Positions 1 through 15,092 are shown, counted from the first letter of the stretch. The stretch is 64,000 nt of DNA from Chrysomallon squamiferum (GCA_012295275.1 CM022665.1:7440001-7504000), one strand, 5' to 3'. Numbers and translations: made by a program. The notes: generated from the letters alone by a model not told the origin.

Positions 1-55
1 TTATTTACATTGGTTTCAAGAAAACAAAAACTAGTTGTTTGTTTTATTATTTCAG

Positions 56-3000
56 GATAACAGTTTGGTTGTTTGGAAAGAAATCAATTTGACTAGACTG
101 AATGAACACGAAAGACAGGATTCTCAAACAGAAATAGATGTTTTGTCTTTACTGAATCATGCAAATGTTATTTCTTACTACAACCATTTCACTGAAGAAG
201 ACACACTCTTTATTGAAATGGAATATGCAAATGGTAATACATATGTACATACATACAATATGGGATTAATCTCTACTGTTTCAGTCATATTAACAACTTT
301 CCTATCATTCTGAAAACTGAGACTTTCTTGTAGTTTTGGTCATCGTCAAACCAATAAATGGTTGAAAGCATCAAGACATGAAATATGTTCCAAAGGAAGA
401 TAATTAGTAAACCATTTTTGGACTTTAATGCAAAATTTAAAAAAATAATAAAGATAAAATCTGAATAATAAATGTCAGATGTTTTCTTCTCTCTGATATA
501 GAAGTAATTAGATGTACACATGTATACTTTATTTGATAATTCAGTCCATTATTTAAATTTTTTAGTCATTCTAAAATCAATGTCTTATTTTTTTAACATT
601 AAAAACTCAGTGAAATATTATTTCAAAGATTACATCATTCTCAAGTGATTGAAAGAACCAGATCATCAAAAAGAAAAAAATTTGTGAAACGATCTTAATG
701 ATTTCAAGGAAGTAACTCTACTCTATAAAAATGCAATTAGTAAACAAAATTGACTTCATGTATTGGTGTTTAAATTTTTCTAATACTTGCAAATTACCTC
801 CATTGTTTGTCAGGTGGAACACTCTATGATAAAATTGTTCGACAGAATGAGCTGTTTTCAGAAGAGGTGAGTACAAATTTGAACATGTCTCAGATTTACC
901 TTTATGGTATGTGTCTAAAACAAACAACCAAAAAAACTGTGGATTTTCAGACATGTTGCTAGGTTATGGCATCTTATATCAAAATTAGTTATCATATTTT
1001 CCACTAGATGAAAGGTTACTGAAACATTGTTATCCTTTTCACTTGTTCAATTTTATCTTTATTTTTTAATTATATGTTTTCTTTTTTTTTTTTTTGTAAT
1101 TTAATAAAATAAAATATATTGAAATTTATTTATTTCATTTCATAGTATAGACTGAGTAGTTCACATTGCTTCCTGATTGTAAAAGAAAAAAAAAAAAATT
1201 TTTTTTTTTTTTAAAAAATAAGTTAACTCTAAACATTGGAGTTGATTTAATTTTTGTTATTAAATAACAACTGCAGTAATTCTTAGATCATCTTTTATGT
1301 TGCCATTAGTGAATGTAAACATTATTTTACAGGTTGTCAAGTGGTATTTGTTCCAGCTGACATCAGCCTTGGCTCATATACATCAGTATGGAATTATTCA
1401 CAGGTAAATAATTGATAATAATAATACTTATTCAGATGTATATCATCTATTAATTGAGAATTATCATAGAAACTTCATTTATAAACATAAAAAAAAAAAA
1501 GTCTGCTTAAACAGTTTACTCTCATTACATAAATTTTAGCTGAAATATATTGTTTGATTACTGCACAATTATTGTATTATTTTAATTCTTTATGTATATA
1601 TAATTAAAAATAAACCAATAATGTTTATATGTACAACTTTTTTTTTTTTTTTTTTTTTTTTTTCTATCCAGGGATATTAAGACTATGAATGTCTTTCTTA
1701 CTAAGATGGATTTGCTGAAACTTGGAGATTTTGGCATCTGCAAGAAGCTGGAGACTGGTGCTCAGGCTCAGTCTGTAAGTTTCTGTTACCATGACAGGTG
1801 CATCAAATTTGTTTTGATGTATATGGGAAGATTAGAAATATGATACTATTTATGGCTACTGGGGAATAATTGAAAGGTGTTTTAGAACATTAAAATACCA
1901 TCAGTTTACTGATGCATTAACAAATACATTACTTCCATTCTTGGAAAATCTCTGACTTTTTTTGGAAATATTTTGTGGATTAATAAATATGTGTTTCTGT
2001 AATTATAGGGGCTGATATATGTTTATATGCACAGGTATGTGTGTATATATTTAATTTTGTATATATTTTTGTGTTTTTAGATACATTATGTATGTATTTA
2101 GGTATGACTGGTACTTGGCAACCAAACCCCTTTTCATTTCTCAAGTAGCTTTTGTAATGTGATATCTGTACCCATGCTGTAATCCCTACATTTTGTGTGA
2201 AAATTATGTACCTGATTTTTAATAACTCTTTTATTTAAAAGTATTGAGATATTATTACACACATTAACATAATTTTTAATTTCTTTTTTAAATTGTTTTT
2301 TGTTTCTCAGATAGTTGGAACCCCGTATTACATGTCTCCAGAACTGATGAAAGGAGAAAAGTAAGAAAATCACTGTTACTGTTGATTGTTTTTTTAGCTG
2401 AAAAGAATTCTTTATTTGAAAAAGAAAGTTTCCAATTTTTTTTTTTTTTTTTTCAGTATAATTATTTTTTCAGGATATAATAATGAAATAAGAAAATAAA
2501 TAAATAAAAAAAATAAAAAATTCTATTTACATTCTTGCTGTGGAAAATAATTGGAGGTGCATTTCTATATATGTGTGTGTGTGTGTGCATGTCTGTGTGA
2601 ATGTGTGGGTGTCCATGTATGTGTTTTGTGTTTTGATAAACACACACATATTACTTAAATTCTATATTAAAAACAAACTTGTTTACCATGATATTTGTTA
2701 TTTTAGATATGATTTCATGTGTGATATTTGGGCTCTTGGTTGTGTTTTGTATGAATTGCTGACACTGACAAAAACATTTGAAGGTTCAGTAAGTAATAAA
2801 AGTTGTATAACTAAACTATATTCAGTTATTCTGCCTTCAGGATTGTTTTTTTTTATATTTTTTTTTTTTTTTTTTTATTATATATATATATATAAATCTT
2901 TTTTGTTAGTTTGGTTGGGAGGGTGTTTTTGTTTCTTTTCTACAATTTGTATTCTAGTTAAATATTCATGAAGTTTGATATAAAATTTTAGCTTAATATC

Positions 3001-6000
3001 TAAATGTTGGTATACAGTATTATTCAAATTGGTATTAGTAACTAATTCTTTCATTTTTATTATTTAACGTATGGTAATAATTGAATTTTGATATATGCTA
3101 CAAACATAAAAATGTATATTTGTCTTTCAGAATCCACTAAAATTGGCTTATGACATAGTTCTGACAGAGCACAAGCAGATTGACACAGAGCACTATTCTG
3201 TTCAAATTGGTTCACTTCTTGATGGCATGTTGAAGAAGGTATGTCACTTACATTTTATATATTTCACATACTAGTCTTTATAGTGGAGAAAAATGTACCA
3301 GCCTAATCTCTTTAGGCCCAGAGCAGTCCTTGATGGATTATGCTCTGTGTGGGTGACAATATTATCATTTTAAAACATTTTTGCTTGAACAGACTTTACC
3401 ACTACAAGTCTGTTAAACTGTTATTTATTTTATTTTATTTATTTTTTATTATTATTATTTTATTAGTTTTTTTCTTTCCTAGCTCACATATATACTCTTT
3501 TGAGTGGTGGGGTGGATAAATGTTAAACATTAATTGATTAACCATAAGATATTTAAAACTGAAACAAGGTATTTTAAGACATATTTTGTTTTGTTTTTGC
3601 AGAACCCTCTGGAACGACCATCTGCTGAAGAAATATTAAAGAATCCAATTTTCAGTAATCCCAAGTGAATACTTATTACTTGTTCTTGAATTTACATAAT
3701 CATTCATAAAGACCTACTAAGACTCAATTTTTATGCTGTTCACTTTGATACAATATCTTTTACATATTTTGTTTTTTTTCTATAAAGATGAATGTAAATT
3801 TATTTTTTGGAAAACACATTCTAAGGTTTTTTCAGTTTTATTACATTTTTAAAAATGGATTATCATTATTGTGCAGATACCAAGACCTTATTACATGCTA
3901 GTTATTCTAGTATTTTTGAGGTTGTTTTGATTTAGTTTGAACTGATACGATACAGTTTACATTAAAATAGATCAACATTTATTTCTTGGACGTGTGCAGA
4001 TACTGTTTAAATTTTAAAAATTTCTGAAGTATGTATAATTAATATTTCATTTTCATTTTTAAATATTTTGAGGTAAAATATATTTTTTATTTTGCAGAGA
4101 ACTTGAAGAACGTATTTGGAGATTAAATTCACATGCACGTCGAGCAAGGATGTCTGCTGTTACTGTCTGTGATTCTGTGCCAGTGGTTGAATCAAAGATG
4201 TGTGAAGTATATATCATTTTATATATATATATATATCAAGCTATTATCTATTTGAAATCTCATCTGATAGAATTAAATGTACAACATCAGTACTTTGGAC
4301 CTCATTTAACTCTTTGGGCCAATAATAGTGGTAAACTGGGAGTTCTCTTATATGCTATAGAACCAGTTAACAAAGAATCAACATCGTGGTGAATGTATCA
4401 AGACAGGAATCTTAGACTAGTCCTTGAGCATGTATACAAGATGTCTTTTGGGAGCTTACTGATAAGGTGATGGTAGAATCAGGAGTTCTGGACTCAGGAT
4501 CTTCAAATAGTTTATGAATTTTCAAGATTTTCATTTTTAAGATATGCAAATGTTTCATAATTTCTTATTTTGAATGTTTCACCATTTACTCTTTGTTATA
4601 GTTATATCAGTGGGGTGGTGGTAAAAGAACACCTCAAAAAATGGATATGTTTACAAGAGAAAAGAGTCCAATTCAAGTAAGTTTTAAAGATCTGTTTTTA
4701 TTTTTTAACAGAATTTCTGAATCTTGTGACATTGTAGTAAGTTGTTTGTAAACACAGAGAAACAAATGCTAACCTAATGTTATAATTAATGTAAATACAA
4801 TCAGTATACATATAAGTGTAAAAAACCTACTAGTCTGTACTATATAATAATACATGATGTATAGCAATGCAAATCATAGAAATACCAAAACAAAATATTC
4901 CAAAAGATGAGAGAAAGAAAGAGAGAGATCCTTTCTATCAAAATTTATTTGATTTTATTAAATCACCACCGTTTATAGTGCCAAAACAAAAAAGTATAGT
5001 TATTTAATGTTGAATATATAATTGGTTTCTTTTTTAGGTAGCAGCTGGTCATTCACACCTGGCAGCCATAACTTTTGAAAAAGAACTCTTTACCTGGGCT
5101 GTAAGTGACACTACTGATTGTTTATTCATTTGTGAATAAACATCATAGCTAAATACTTTACTTAGATGTAAGCAGAATTGATGTGAATTGGAAACTGTTT
5201 TACGGGTCTTTTTGGAAATGCTTTGTGGGAAATAAGAAAAGAAATTGTTAAATTTAAATTAATAAAAATGTTATAAATTTTTAGTTTTTTTGTTTTTCTG
5301 TTACATCTATTATGTTTCTTTTTATAGCTTTATTACAGAATCTGTTACAATTTGACATTTATTAACTTTGTTTAATTATTCTTCACTCATTTTTTTGCAT
5401 AATCTGACATAAAATTAGTTAAATATCAGTGATGTTAAAAAAAGAATGTGATCACAACAAAATATATTTAGATATAAAGAAGTAAAATAGATTCATAAAT
5501 GGATATATAACTATTTAATTTTACATTTACAACTTTTGAAAAAACATGATCTTTGTGGATGAAGCAAAGTTTATGGAAAGGTTATTTTTGAATGTTTGAT
5601 TTTGTTCTATTTGACAGAATGTTCAGGGTGATACAGCTATTTCTGGACAATTAGGACATGGTGATGTTGCATCATATAAGGCTCCCAAAAGAGTTGATGC
5701 TTTGTTAGAAAATTCTGTGGAGCAGGTTTCCTGTGGTGAAGATTTTACACTCTGTGTTACAGGTTAGAGGTGTTCATGTATTTGTACTTCCTTTGTGAAC
5801 TACTGCATTAGAACATGTTTACATGTAAATATTATTATTATGCATTTCACATCATGAAATATAGAAAATATCAAAACAGAGTGAAACCATAATGGTTACT
5901 GTGGGAAAATATCTTGCACTGATCTATTAATGTAATTAAAAAAATTTAATCTCTTATGTTTGTGAATTAAAATACTGTTTTAATGGCAATTAAAAATTTG

Positions 6001-7886
6001 TTTTGAAATATCAGTATTTTTTTTACATTTAACAATAGTTTTATGTTTTCAGTCTGTATAGTCTTCTCTGTTCATGTTACAACTAATGTCTGTCATTTGT
6101 TTTGCAGGGGGGGGTGTACATTTCACCTCTCTCTTCCTTCTACTGTTATATTCTTTGTTACAACAAAATATCAGTAAAGTGATTGTTTAATTTAAAAAAA
6201 AAAAATTTCACACTTTAATAATTTGTTCTTCAGTTTTATACATTTATATCGTACTTTTTTTTAGAATAAATGCTTTTTTTTGTTTTTTAAATAACAAATT
6301 TTCAGATGAGGGAGCTGTTTATGCTTTTGGTTCAGATTATTACGGCTGTCTTGGTTGCAGTGGTGAAGCAGATGAAGAAACATTATCACCTGTTCTGGTC
6401 CCATTCTTCACTGGCATCCCTGTGAAACAGGTTTCTTGTGGAGATGCACATGTAGCTGCTTTAACAAAATGTGGAAAGGTCTACACATGGGGATGTGGAG
6501 AGTTTGGTATGATGCTATTTATTATACATAGGAGTGATACGGTTAATGTAAAAATTTCAGCTTGTTTACATGTTTTGAACGGAGTTTTACTCTCAAAACC
6601 TATAACAGGAATTTGGGGTAAGTTTGTAAATAAATAGCATCAGTGACATGATATTATACAGTGAGTTATTTGTGTTTTGTGTCTGACCATCTATCCATGT
6701 TACGTCTGTTAACAGTTGTTTAATTAGAACTAATAACTTATTATTTCAATTACAGGAAGACTGGGCCTGAATTCTGAAGAGAGTTTTGATGTCCCACAAA
6801 GGGTTAGATATTATTTAATTTTTGCAAATTATTAATTTTAAATAATAGTAATAATAGTAGTGATAGTGGTAATGTTGGGTCTTGGTTTTGGTGGTAGTAC
6901 TAGTAGTAGCAGGACTTGGAGTAGTAGTAACATCAGTAGTAGCAGTAGCAGCTGTAGTAGTAGGAGTAATAATTTTTGTATTAAACAATCAGTTAATTTA
7001 TTTGGACCCAGTAGAAGCTTGTTATTAAAAATAATATATTCAGTTCTAATAATTTCCTGTTTGAACTGATTACAGGTGGCTATTCCTGGAAAACATGAAA
7101 TAAAGCATGTTTGTGCAGCATCTGATGGAACTTTCTTAGTTTCTGTCAATGGACGACTTCTAGCCTGTGGTAGCAATGAAGACAACAAACTTGGTTTTAA
7201 CTCTAAGACTTCAGGTCTTAGGAAAAGGAAAAATCAGGTTGTCAATCATTTCTATTGTATGTTTTTGTAGTCTTTTGATTCCTGTTTCATTTTCAGATTT
7301 TAATGAATGAATATTTGTTTAATAACATTTTAACACATTTCAAAGTTAGTGCTTTTTAGGTATGAAGCTTTTGGGTTTTACTTTTTATTAATGATGATGT
7401 GAAAGACATAATCTGTTGTTGCTGATTCATAAGGTACAATTACTAATTTGTGGTAATATACCTTTTATATGCTCTTCTCAAAAATCTAAGCCATCAATTA
7501 TAATTATAGTACCTTTGATACACCTAAGTGTTGCACGAAATAAAATGGAAATATTCTCTGAAAGCCTCAAACAAGACAGAAACTTTGATCTGTGACAAGT
7601 TAATATCTTTCCAACTACCGAGATGGGTATTGCTATCTAATCACAAAAGTTAGAACTATAGTGGTAGACAGTACCCAATACATTGTACTAAATGGATGAA
7701 AACATGAAACAGTGCACTGGAGATTCTGTTATAACTCTGAGTACTGTAAAGCAATGACTACAGGTATAGGGGTAGTTGAAGGAGACTGTAAAAGAATAAA
7801 CAAGTACTATAAGCCTTTATTGTAGATTGTTTCTTTGTTATAAGCAATCATTAATTTATTTTTATAGACTTAAATATGATTGCATG

Positions 7887-7927
<41 letters not shown>

Positions 7928-9559
7928 TTTAATGAAGAATAAATATGTTTATAAAGTTCTGTTATTTTTTGCAGACTTATGACATTCCATGTAAATACAC
8001 ATTCACCACAGTGAAACCTCTAAATCAGTACCACATTGTCTCTGTAGCTGCTGGAAAAACACATGCTGCTGTTGTTGATTGTATGTTTTATAACTGTTTC
8101 ATACTAGTGAAAAATTTCATTTTTTCAATTAGAATATTCAGATATATTTTATGGACATAAATACATATTTTGTAGTTGTTGCTATTTAAATGCTTCATCT
8201 TTTAAATTTTGTTGGTTTTTTGTACTCTTTCAGATTTAAAAATATAAATGGGTACATGTTCAGTCTTAAAAATTTAGCTGTATTCTGGCATTACTTCTCC
8301 CAGAACAAAAACACAAAGGAAAAAGACTCATAACATGGCGTTCTACTGAAATTAACCAAGAATTACATAAAATTATGTATTTATAATAACTAGTCAATAT
8401 TTTGTTTTAATTTTGCTGATATAATTAATATATCAAGCATGTGTCCTATAATATTTTGAATCATATATTGATATAGTTTACAAGTTAATCTAATCAATTC
8501 TTCCAGTGTATGGTTATTTATTTACATTTGGATCTAACAAGTTTGGACAGTTGGGTCTGGGAGACTTTAAAAGACATCAAACTGCCAGTCGTGTTGGAGG
8601 TGTTCTCGCTGGTCAGAGAGTAGAGAAAGTTGCTTGTGGTGATGGTTTCACTGTAGTTTCAACAACAGGTGTGTGAACATATACAGATAACATCATTTAT
8701 ACAGTACTGGCTCAGTGTCAGAACACATCTGATGTGGAGTGACACAGGATCTCTCCTCCTCAATACTGCCTTTGAGTGATTTAGCATACTAGCCTCAACT
8801 CAATGACTTACTTATCAAATACTGTTCTGTATCGTTTTTTGATAGGTGGAAGGTCCATATGAAAGGTTCTTTTTAGCCTGTTGAAAACACAAAGCCAATC
8901 ATGTGGCCATAGAGGGATTGATATCTCTTGTTTTCAGGACTTTCCTTTTACCATATGTGTGACATCACATAACAATTGGATAAAACATGTTTTAAACAAT
9001 CAAATTAACTTGCAAATTATCTAAATAGCAAAGTACATTGTACTATTTAATCAACATGTTAAATCTGAGTCACTGTGTTAAATGTCATGCAAGATACCTT
9101 ATATTTTATTACATTGAAATATATTTGAACACAGTCTTGTTATTGTTATTGTTGTTTTTTGAAATGAAGTAAAGTTAATAGCATTTGTTTATAAATACTG
9201 ATATTTAAAGCTCATTTTGAGTTTATATGTGAAATCTCTTTATACTTATAAACATTTTGCATTATAATTGGTTATTTTAATATCTAAATATCTAAATAAT
9301 AAATATGACTACTAAGTTGGAAACAAATACAGTTTTTATAATTTAACTTTACAGAAAATCAAATTTATTCATTTGGAAATGGTGAGAGTGGTAGATTGGG
9401 CGCAGTGTTTGAACAAGGAAATGGACCTAACGGTCAGTGTACAGCCTGGCCAAGAGCTATATTTGGATCTCTTCATCGTGTATCAGCAATTTCATGTCAA
9501 CACTGGAATACTCTTCTTATTGCTGGTAACTTCCATCTTACAACTTATGAAATTAGTTC

Positions 9560-9612
<53 letters not shown>

Positions 9613-11304
9613 CATGCATTTTTTATTCACAGGACTGTATACTATCACAAACTTTTAACTAACTATTAAGATAAATTTGTATTCATCTCAGATTTTATAA
9701 TACATTATTGTTAGTTGATATTTTGTCCAAGGACTTTTATCTCAAGGGACTTTAGACTGAAGAGTTTTACCAGTTATCATATATACATTCACACCATATG
9801 TGATGCTTAAGGGAACAAAATTGATAAAATGTCAGTAAATATCTATTACTTTGCAGAAAAGGTTTTGAATCAAAAAACACTGAAGACAAGAGTTTCATCT
9901 CCAAAATGTATGTATTCCTTGTTTCTATCACTGTTAGAAACATATGATAGGTGTTTCTTGTTACTAATTTTCTGAAAAAATGCTTTTGTTTTATATTGCT
10001 TTTAAAAACTTTGTTTCAGTTGAATGGGAAGTATACGTAGTCAGTTTTTGAAATAATGAAGTGTACCTGTGGTGTTATTATCAAATCTATAGTTTAGGCC
10101 AATACTGACAGCAACAGTTTACTTAATGAATATTAAAAAGCTTCTGTTCCATAAGTTTATCAAATTTCTGTCTTCTTTAGTATTTAATACAAGCTGTGAA
10201 AATGAAATCTCCATAAATTGCCATGACATATTAATTATACATTTTTGATTAGCACAAAGGAAATAAAACAATCATTGTAACAATTCAAAACATTTGAATA
10301 TTAATTGTCATTAGATGTCAAAACACTGGTCTTGTATGAGCAAAATATAGATATTCTCAAAGGCCTGAAAGTATATAACACAGACTTTGATAAATCAGTT
10401 ATGGGTAGTGTCTGGTACATGAAATGATCCAACAGGCACACCTAGGAAGATATAGCTTAGTGACTTTTCATGGTTTAAATCAGCCCCACCCAGTGAGCTA
10501 AAAGCAAAACACCACAAGCACATTTAATTAGTTTACAGGTATTAATAATAATGGTCTTTGCATTTCAAATGGAAACATTCTTGTAGTTCAGTAAAATAAC
10601 AAAATAACATGTAGAAAAAATACATTTAGATAATATCACGTAAGTAATTACTGCACAATTAAGGTGGACAATAAATTGGAGATTTTGCTTTGGTTGCACA
10701 TAATACAACTAACTGATGCTTAGCAATACACTGTAATTATAATATTTTGTTTCTAATAGGCAAGGCATGTATGCCAGGTAAGAAATTTAACATTTGATGA
10801 CAGTTGCTGTTTTGCATATTTGGTTAGATTAAGGAGGTTTTTTTAATATTAAATATAGCCTAATCCATGCATGAATAAACACAATCACAGACACACCAGA
10901 ACCATAATTTGATATTGTTTTCTTAAATGTCCAGTTAACTCTGTCACATTTCATCATTATTTAATCACAAGAGAATCTTTGGAAAAATAATTTGTGTTGA
11001 CTGAACAAAAATAAATAATAACTGTAAATTCCATACACTTGTCTGTTTTCACTTGCATGAAATTAAAAGCTTCACCCATACACCTAAAAATAATGAAAAT
11101 ATACATTTGAAACTGTTATTACTACTGATCCAACTTGATGTTTTTTATAAATAAGTTCAGGATTTTTTCATAAATTTTTAATTTTTTATATTTTCATAAA
11201 AATTTTGACATTCACTGACATGACTTAAAAATTGTTAATTAAAAAATGGAAAAACTTTCATTGATAATATTGTCTTCTATTACTAAGTAGATTTATTCTC
11301 ATAA

Positions 11305-11335
<31 letters not shown>

Positions 11336-14300
11336 ATTCTTCCTACTTGACATAAAAAGTATTATACACGTACTTTATATAACCAAACAGCTAATATATA
11401 AGCAAATGGCATGCATGAATGGATATGTAATAAGAGCTTTTTTATAGCTCAATGTTATGTGCTATGAATTGTCCAGTGCTTTCTCTAGATATTTTGATGT
11501 TAATTTATAAGTTACTGGTGATTGGCTTTTTTCAATATATTAGCTATGCAAATACATGTAGTGTGATATTATTTAAAACTAACAAAAATAGCATGGAAAA
11601 TACCATCAGTTTGATTAATTTCTTTTTCTTTCTTTTTTATGTATTATTCCTAACATGACTTTACAAATTTGAATCAAAGTCATAATTTTTTTCTTTTTGT
11701 TTCTTGTTGTATTTACTGACATAAATAAATAGATGTTTTACTTATTTACCTTTATATCAAGAACATTTAGTATTATGCTAACAAATATACAGTTTATTTT
11801 CACTGATTTCAATTAATATGGATATAGCATTATTAATAATGACGATGATGATTAAAAATACTGGGTCACATAAATGATATCGGGATCAGTTTAAAATAAA
11901 ATATTACTTCAGCAGTAAGTAATGTTGTTCAGTGTTTCTTTTCACATTTAATATATTTCATCAAGACATTTTTTTCTTGTAAGATAAAACATTTCTTAAA
12001 TCATTACTCAACACTTTTTTGCTGAATCTTTTTTTTTTTTTTTTTTTTTTTTTCAGTTTTAAATCTGCCTGCTGTGGTTTGTGAAGAAGACACTGCATTT
12101 GTTAATGATGATGGTTTGAGTAGTGACACATCTAGTGACCCTGTCAATGATGACGCTTTTCAGTCTGAACTGGCAGATTCAGGCGTTCCAAGCACACAAA
12201 TAGATAAATCTGAAGAAACCATGCCATCCTGGCTGAAAGAAGTCAGTCTCTATTACACTAATTTATTTAATTATTTTAAGTTTTAATGCTGTGTGATGCT
12301 TACAATTTTCATTAGACTTGCTTTCACATTCATGCACACAGAGATACACATACTCACTATTTTTTTAGGTTTTAAAAAGTATTTAGACTATTTACTACTT
12401 TGTTGTCTGTTGTATACATATATATGCGTTGTTCTTTGCCAGTGGTGACAGAGAAATGGAAAAACAAATCATGTTTTAAACTAACATATACAGCCTGCTA
12501 ATAAATATTTTTCTGCAGTGAAAGTAACCTATTTGTTTTGAATTCCAAAAGACAAAATCAGTAGATTTGGTGATTCACACATGGGACCAATTTTGAGCCA
12601 GAGGTCATAGTAGGGTAACTTGCATAACGTTGTTACACCAAAGAAACAACAAAAATAACCCAAAACTGAAATTCCTTAACATATGCACATTATTTTTAGT
12701 TTATCTGATACCATTTTAAAAACTTTTTAATGCAAAATGTTTTTTTTTTAACACATCGATTTTGTGTAGACATTTGCAAGTTACCACAGAAAAGAAAGAT
12801 TTTTGTGGTACATAATATCCAAATGTAAGATCAAATAATTCTGACACATACTTTAGATAGTGTGGAATCAGGTAATAATAAATTGTGATGATTCACTATC
12901 AGGATTTTCTGATTAGCAGATGTCTTCCTTCTTCAGGATGCTGACATTTGCTCTGGTACAAAACTCTGGATCTGAAAAAAAAAAATACTCTGACATGTAT
13001 GCAGTTACAATACAATCTGACCTTTTTCCATTTTCTTTGTTTGCTTGCATATTTACTTATCAAAGAAATAAAATACATCTGTCACTTACTTAAAGTTGAT
13101 AACTGTTGGGATTTAGATTTCACAAACTTAACAAATGCCAGTATGTGCACTTACAAAAGCCACAAAATCATTGCAGTGTCTCCAATTTCCAACTGTAAGA
13201 AGGACAGTCACCCTTAAAAAGTCACCAACTTTGAGAAGCCGCTTGAAAAGTGTTCACCAACTTTGACGTAGTTTTAAAAATACACATACAAATCTCACAA
13301 TAGCCACATTTATCAAAATATTGAAAAAAACCCCAAAAAACCCTCTATATTAATCAAAGGTTTATGTTTTTTCTGGTCACTACTATACAACAAAGATGAC
13401 TCTGATGTTAGATTTCACAGTATACTTACCAGTCACCAAAGTTCGTGACAATCAGGGCAGGCTGTTTGTGCAGACTTGATGTAGGTTTTTCATCTGAGCT
13501 CGTTCCAGCTGGTTGCCTGTGCCTTGTGCAAGTCGATCTTGACTTACCAGTCATTGTGGAACTTAACACTGAGGGAGTAGCTGTGTTGAAGAGGATGATG
13601 AGGGATCAGTGTTCATTTTAGTCAACTCACAAGCTTTCAGTGCTGCTGCTTCACACCTTTTGTTATTAATCTGTGTCTGCTTCTGAGAGGATAGTTGAGG
13701 ACATACATGCACACATAGAGACACTCTCACACTTTTTTTTTTTATTAGGTTTAACAAGTTGTTAGACTGTTTAATAAAATCATGGCAGTTTACTTTAATA
13801 TGCCTATTGCATATATATATATATAATTTCTATTCACAGGAACTACAAAATGCTGAGATAATTCCAATAACATCTGGTGAAGTGGCCAATTCCAGTGTTG
13901 ACCATCCAAACACTGTATATAACGTAGAGGTAAAAACAATTTTACTTGAAACAAAATCACTTATTTTTTAAGATATCTTCATGCAAGCCAAAATTAGGGA
14001 ATACTTTAATGTTTTATATCATTATGAAAACATTTTAAAGTTGTTTATTTGCACTGTTAACAAAAACAAAACAAAATCCCTCAGTAATACCTAACCAAGG
14101 TATAATTCTCATGACTGTAAATACACATTAGTCATCACAATGTTTCCCATTCACAACTTCATAATTATTTATGTATTTACATTTCCTGATAATTATTATT
14201 CAGATATTTATTTTTCCCAGTGATTTAACTAGACGATGTCACAGAAAAATGTTTGACATCAACAGACAGTCAATAATTATTTTCAAAATCAGTATTTAAT

Positions 14301-15092
14301 TAACAAAAGTCAATATTTCTAACATTGATGATTCATAGGTTTTAATTTTAACTTTATTATTATTATTTTTTTTATGTATTTTATTTTATTTATTTTATTT
14401 TATTTATTTTTTATCAAATTTAGTTTGAGGAAGCTCATTTATAAAACTTACCAATAATGTATCCTTAAAAATTCTTCAATAATCTTTGTCATTTTAATGT
14501 TATAACTAAAGCGTTTTCTTGTTTCAGACATCTGTAGAAGAAAGTGAACATGAACAAATCTCAGAGATTCAAATAAAAGAAAAGGAAGATGAACAAACTG
14601 TTATTTTAGAGCTTCGAGCCAGAATAAAACATCTTGAAACTGAAAACAAAAAGGTTTGTTGTTATATTTTCTTAATTTTTAAACTTACATTTTAGTGATT
14701 TGGTTGAAGGTTAAATATGATCATTGTTCTGTGCTGGTGTATCATACAATTCATAATCAAAATCTGTGTGCTAAATACATGCTGTGATACATAAGATTAT
14801 GTAAAAGCTAAATTATTTGTTATAAATTCACAGGATGTTAACACATTGATGGTATTTATAAATGTACATTTTAATACTGATTCAAAGTTAGAGTCTTAGA
14901 AATGTTTTAACTTTCATGTGGCTTATGCAACTAAATCTTCACATTTATCTTTATTCTAAAGTGGTATACTTGCATGACTTTAACTGAATTCTGAAGTGTC
15001 TTTGTTAACCACGTATTTCTGTTTGTCCCCAGTTGTGGGATTTGGTAAGCATGCAGCAGGAGAAGATTAAAAGACTGGAGCAGAACCAGTGA
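56..15092 (+). CDS. NEK9: NEK9-like Ser/Thr kinase (NIMA kinase domain + RCC1 repeats + C-terminal coiled coil); 5'-partial
   Basis: Phase-consistent GT-AG exons: 56-233, 814-866, 1333-1403, 1672-1774, 2311-2360, 2707-2788, 3131-3238, 3603-3664, 4098-4206, 4602-4676, 5038-5100, 5618-5762, 6306-6506, 6756-6802, 7076-7237, 7975-8080, 8507-8668, 9355-9525, 9857-9907, (10760-10777), 12057-12241, 13840-13929, 14528-14653, 15033-15092 (TGA). Motifs: [38 protein letters not shown]; RCC1 repeats ([34 protein letters not shown]); [15 protein letters not shown] resembles the NEK9 WLRKELENAEFIP segment. Confidence 0.93.
8705..9005 (+). mobile_element. Decayed tRNA-derived SINE-like element
   Basis: Starts with A-box-like TGGCTCAGTG; body resembles the other copies in the window (51240, 60916, 10320); 3' end ttaccatatgtgtgacatcacataac. 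Boundaries approximate. Confidence 0.45.
9560..9610. repeat. (TG)n microsatellite
   Basis: Direct read of the sequence. Confidence 0.95.
10320..10502 (-). mobile_element. Decayed SINE-like element, reverse orientation
   Basis: cacagactttgataaatcagttatggg...cagtgagctaaa resembles the reverse complement of a tRNA-type head. Boundaries approximate. Confidence 0.4.
10760..10777 (+). CDS. Candidate 18-nt frame-preserving microexon of NEK9 (adds CKACMP)
   Basis: ttctaatag|GCAAGGCATGTATGCCAG|gtaaga; phase 1-1, matching flanking exons 9857-9907 and 12057-12241; ACTAAC branch-like site at 10708-10713. Confidence 0.6.

Noticed and set aside
13422-13432. ATACTTACC resembling the U1 snRNA 5' end
   Set aside because: The downstream sequence has no U1 stem-loops or Sm site.
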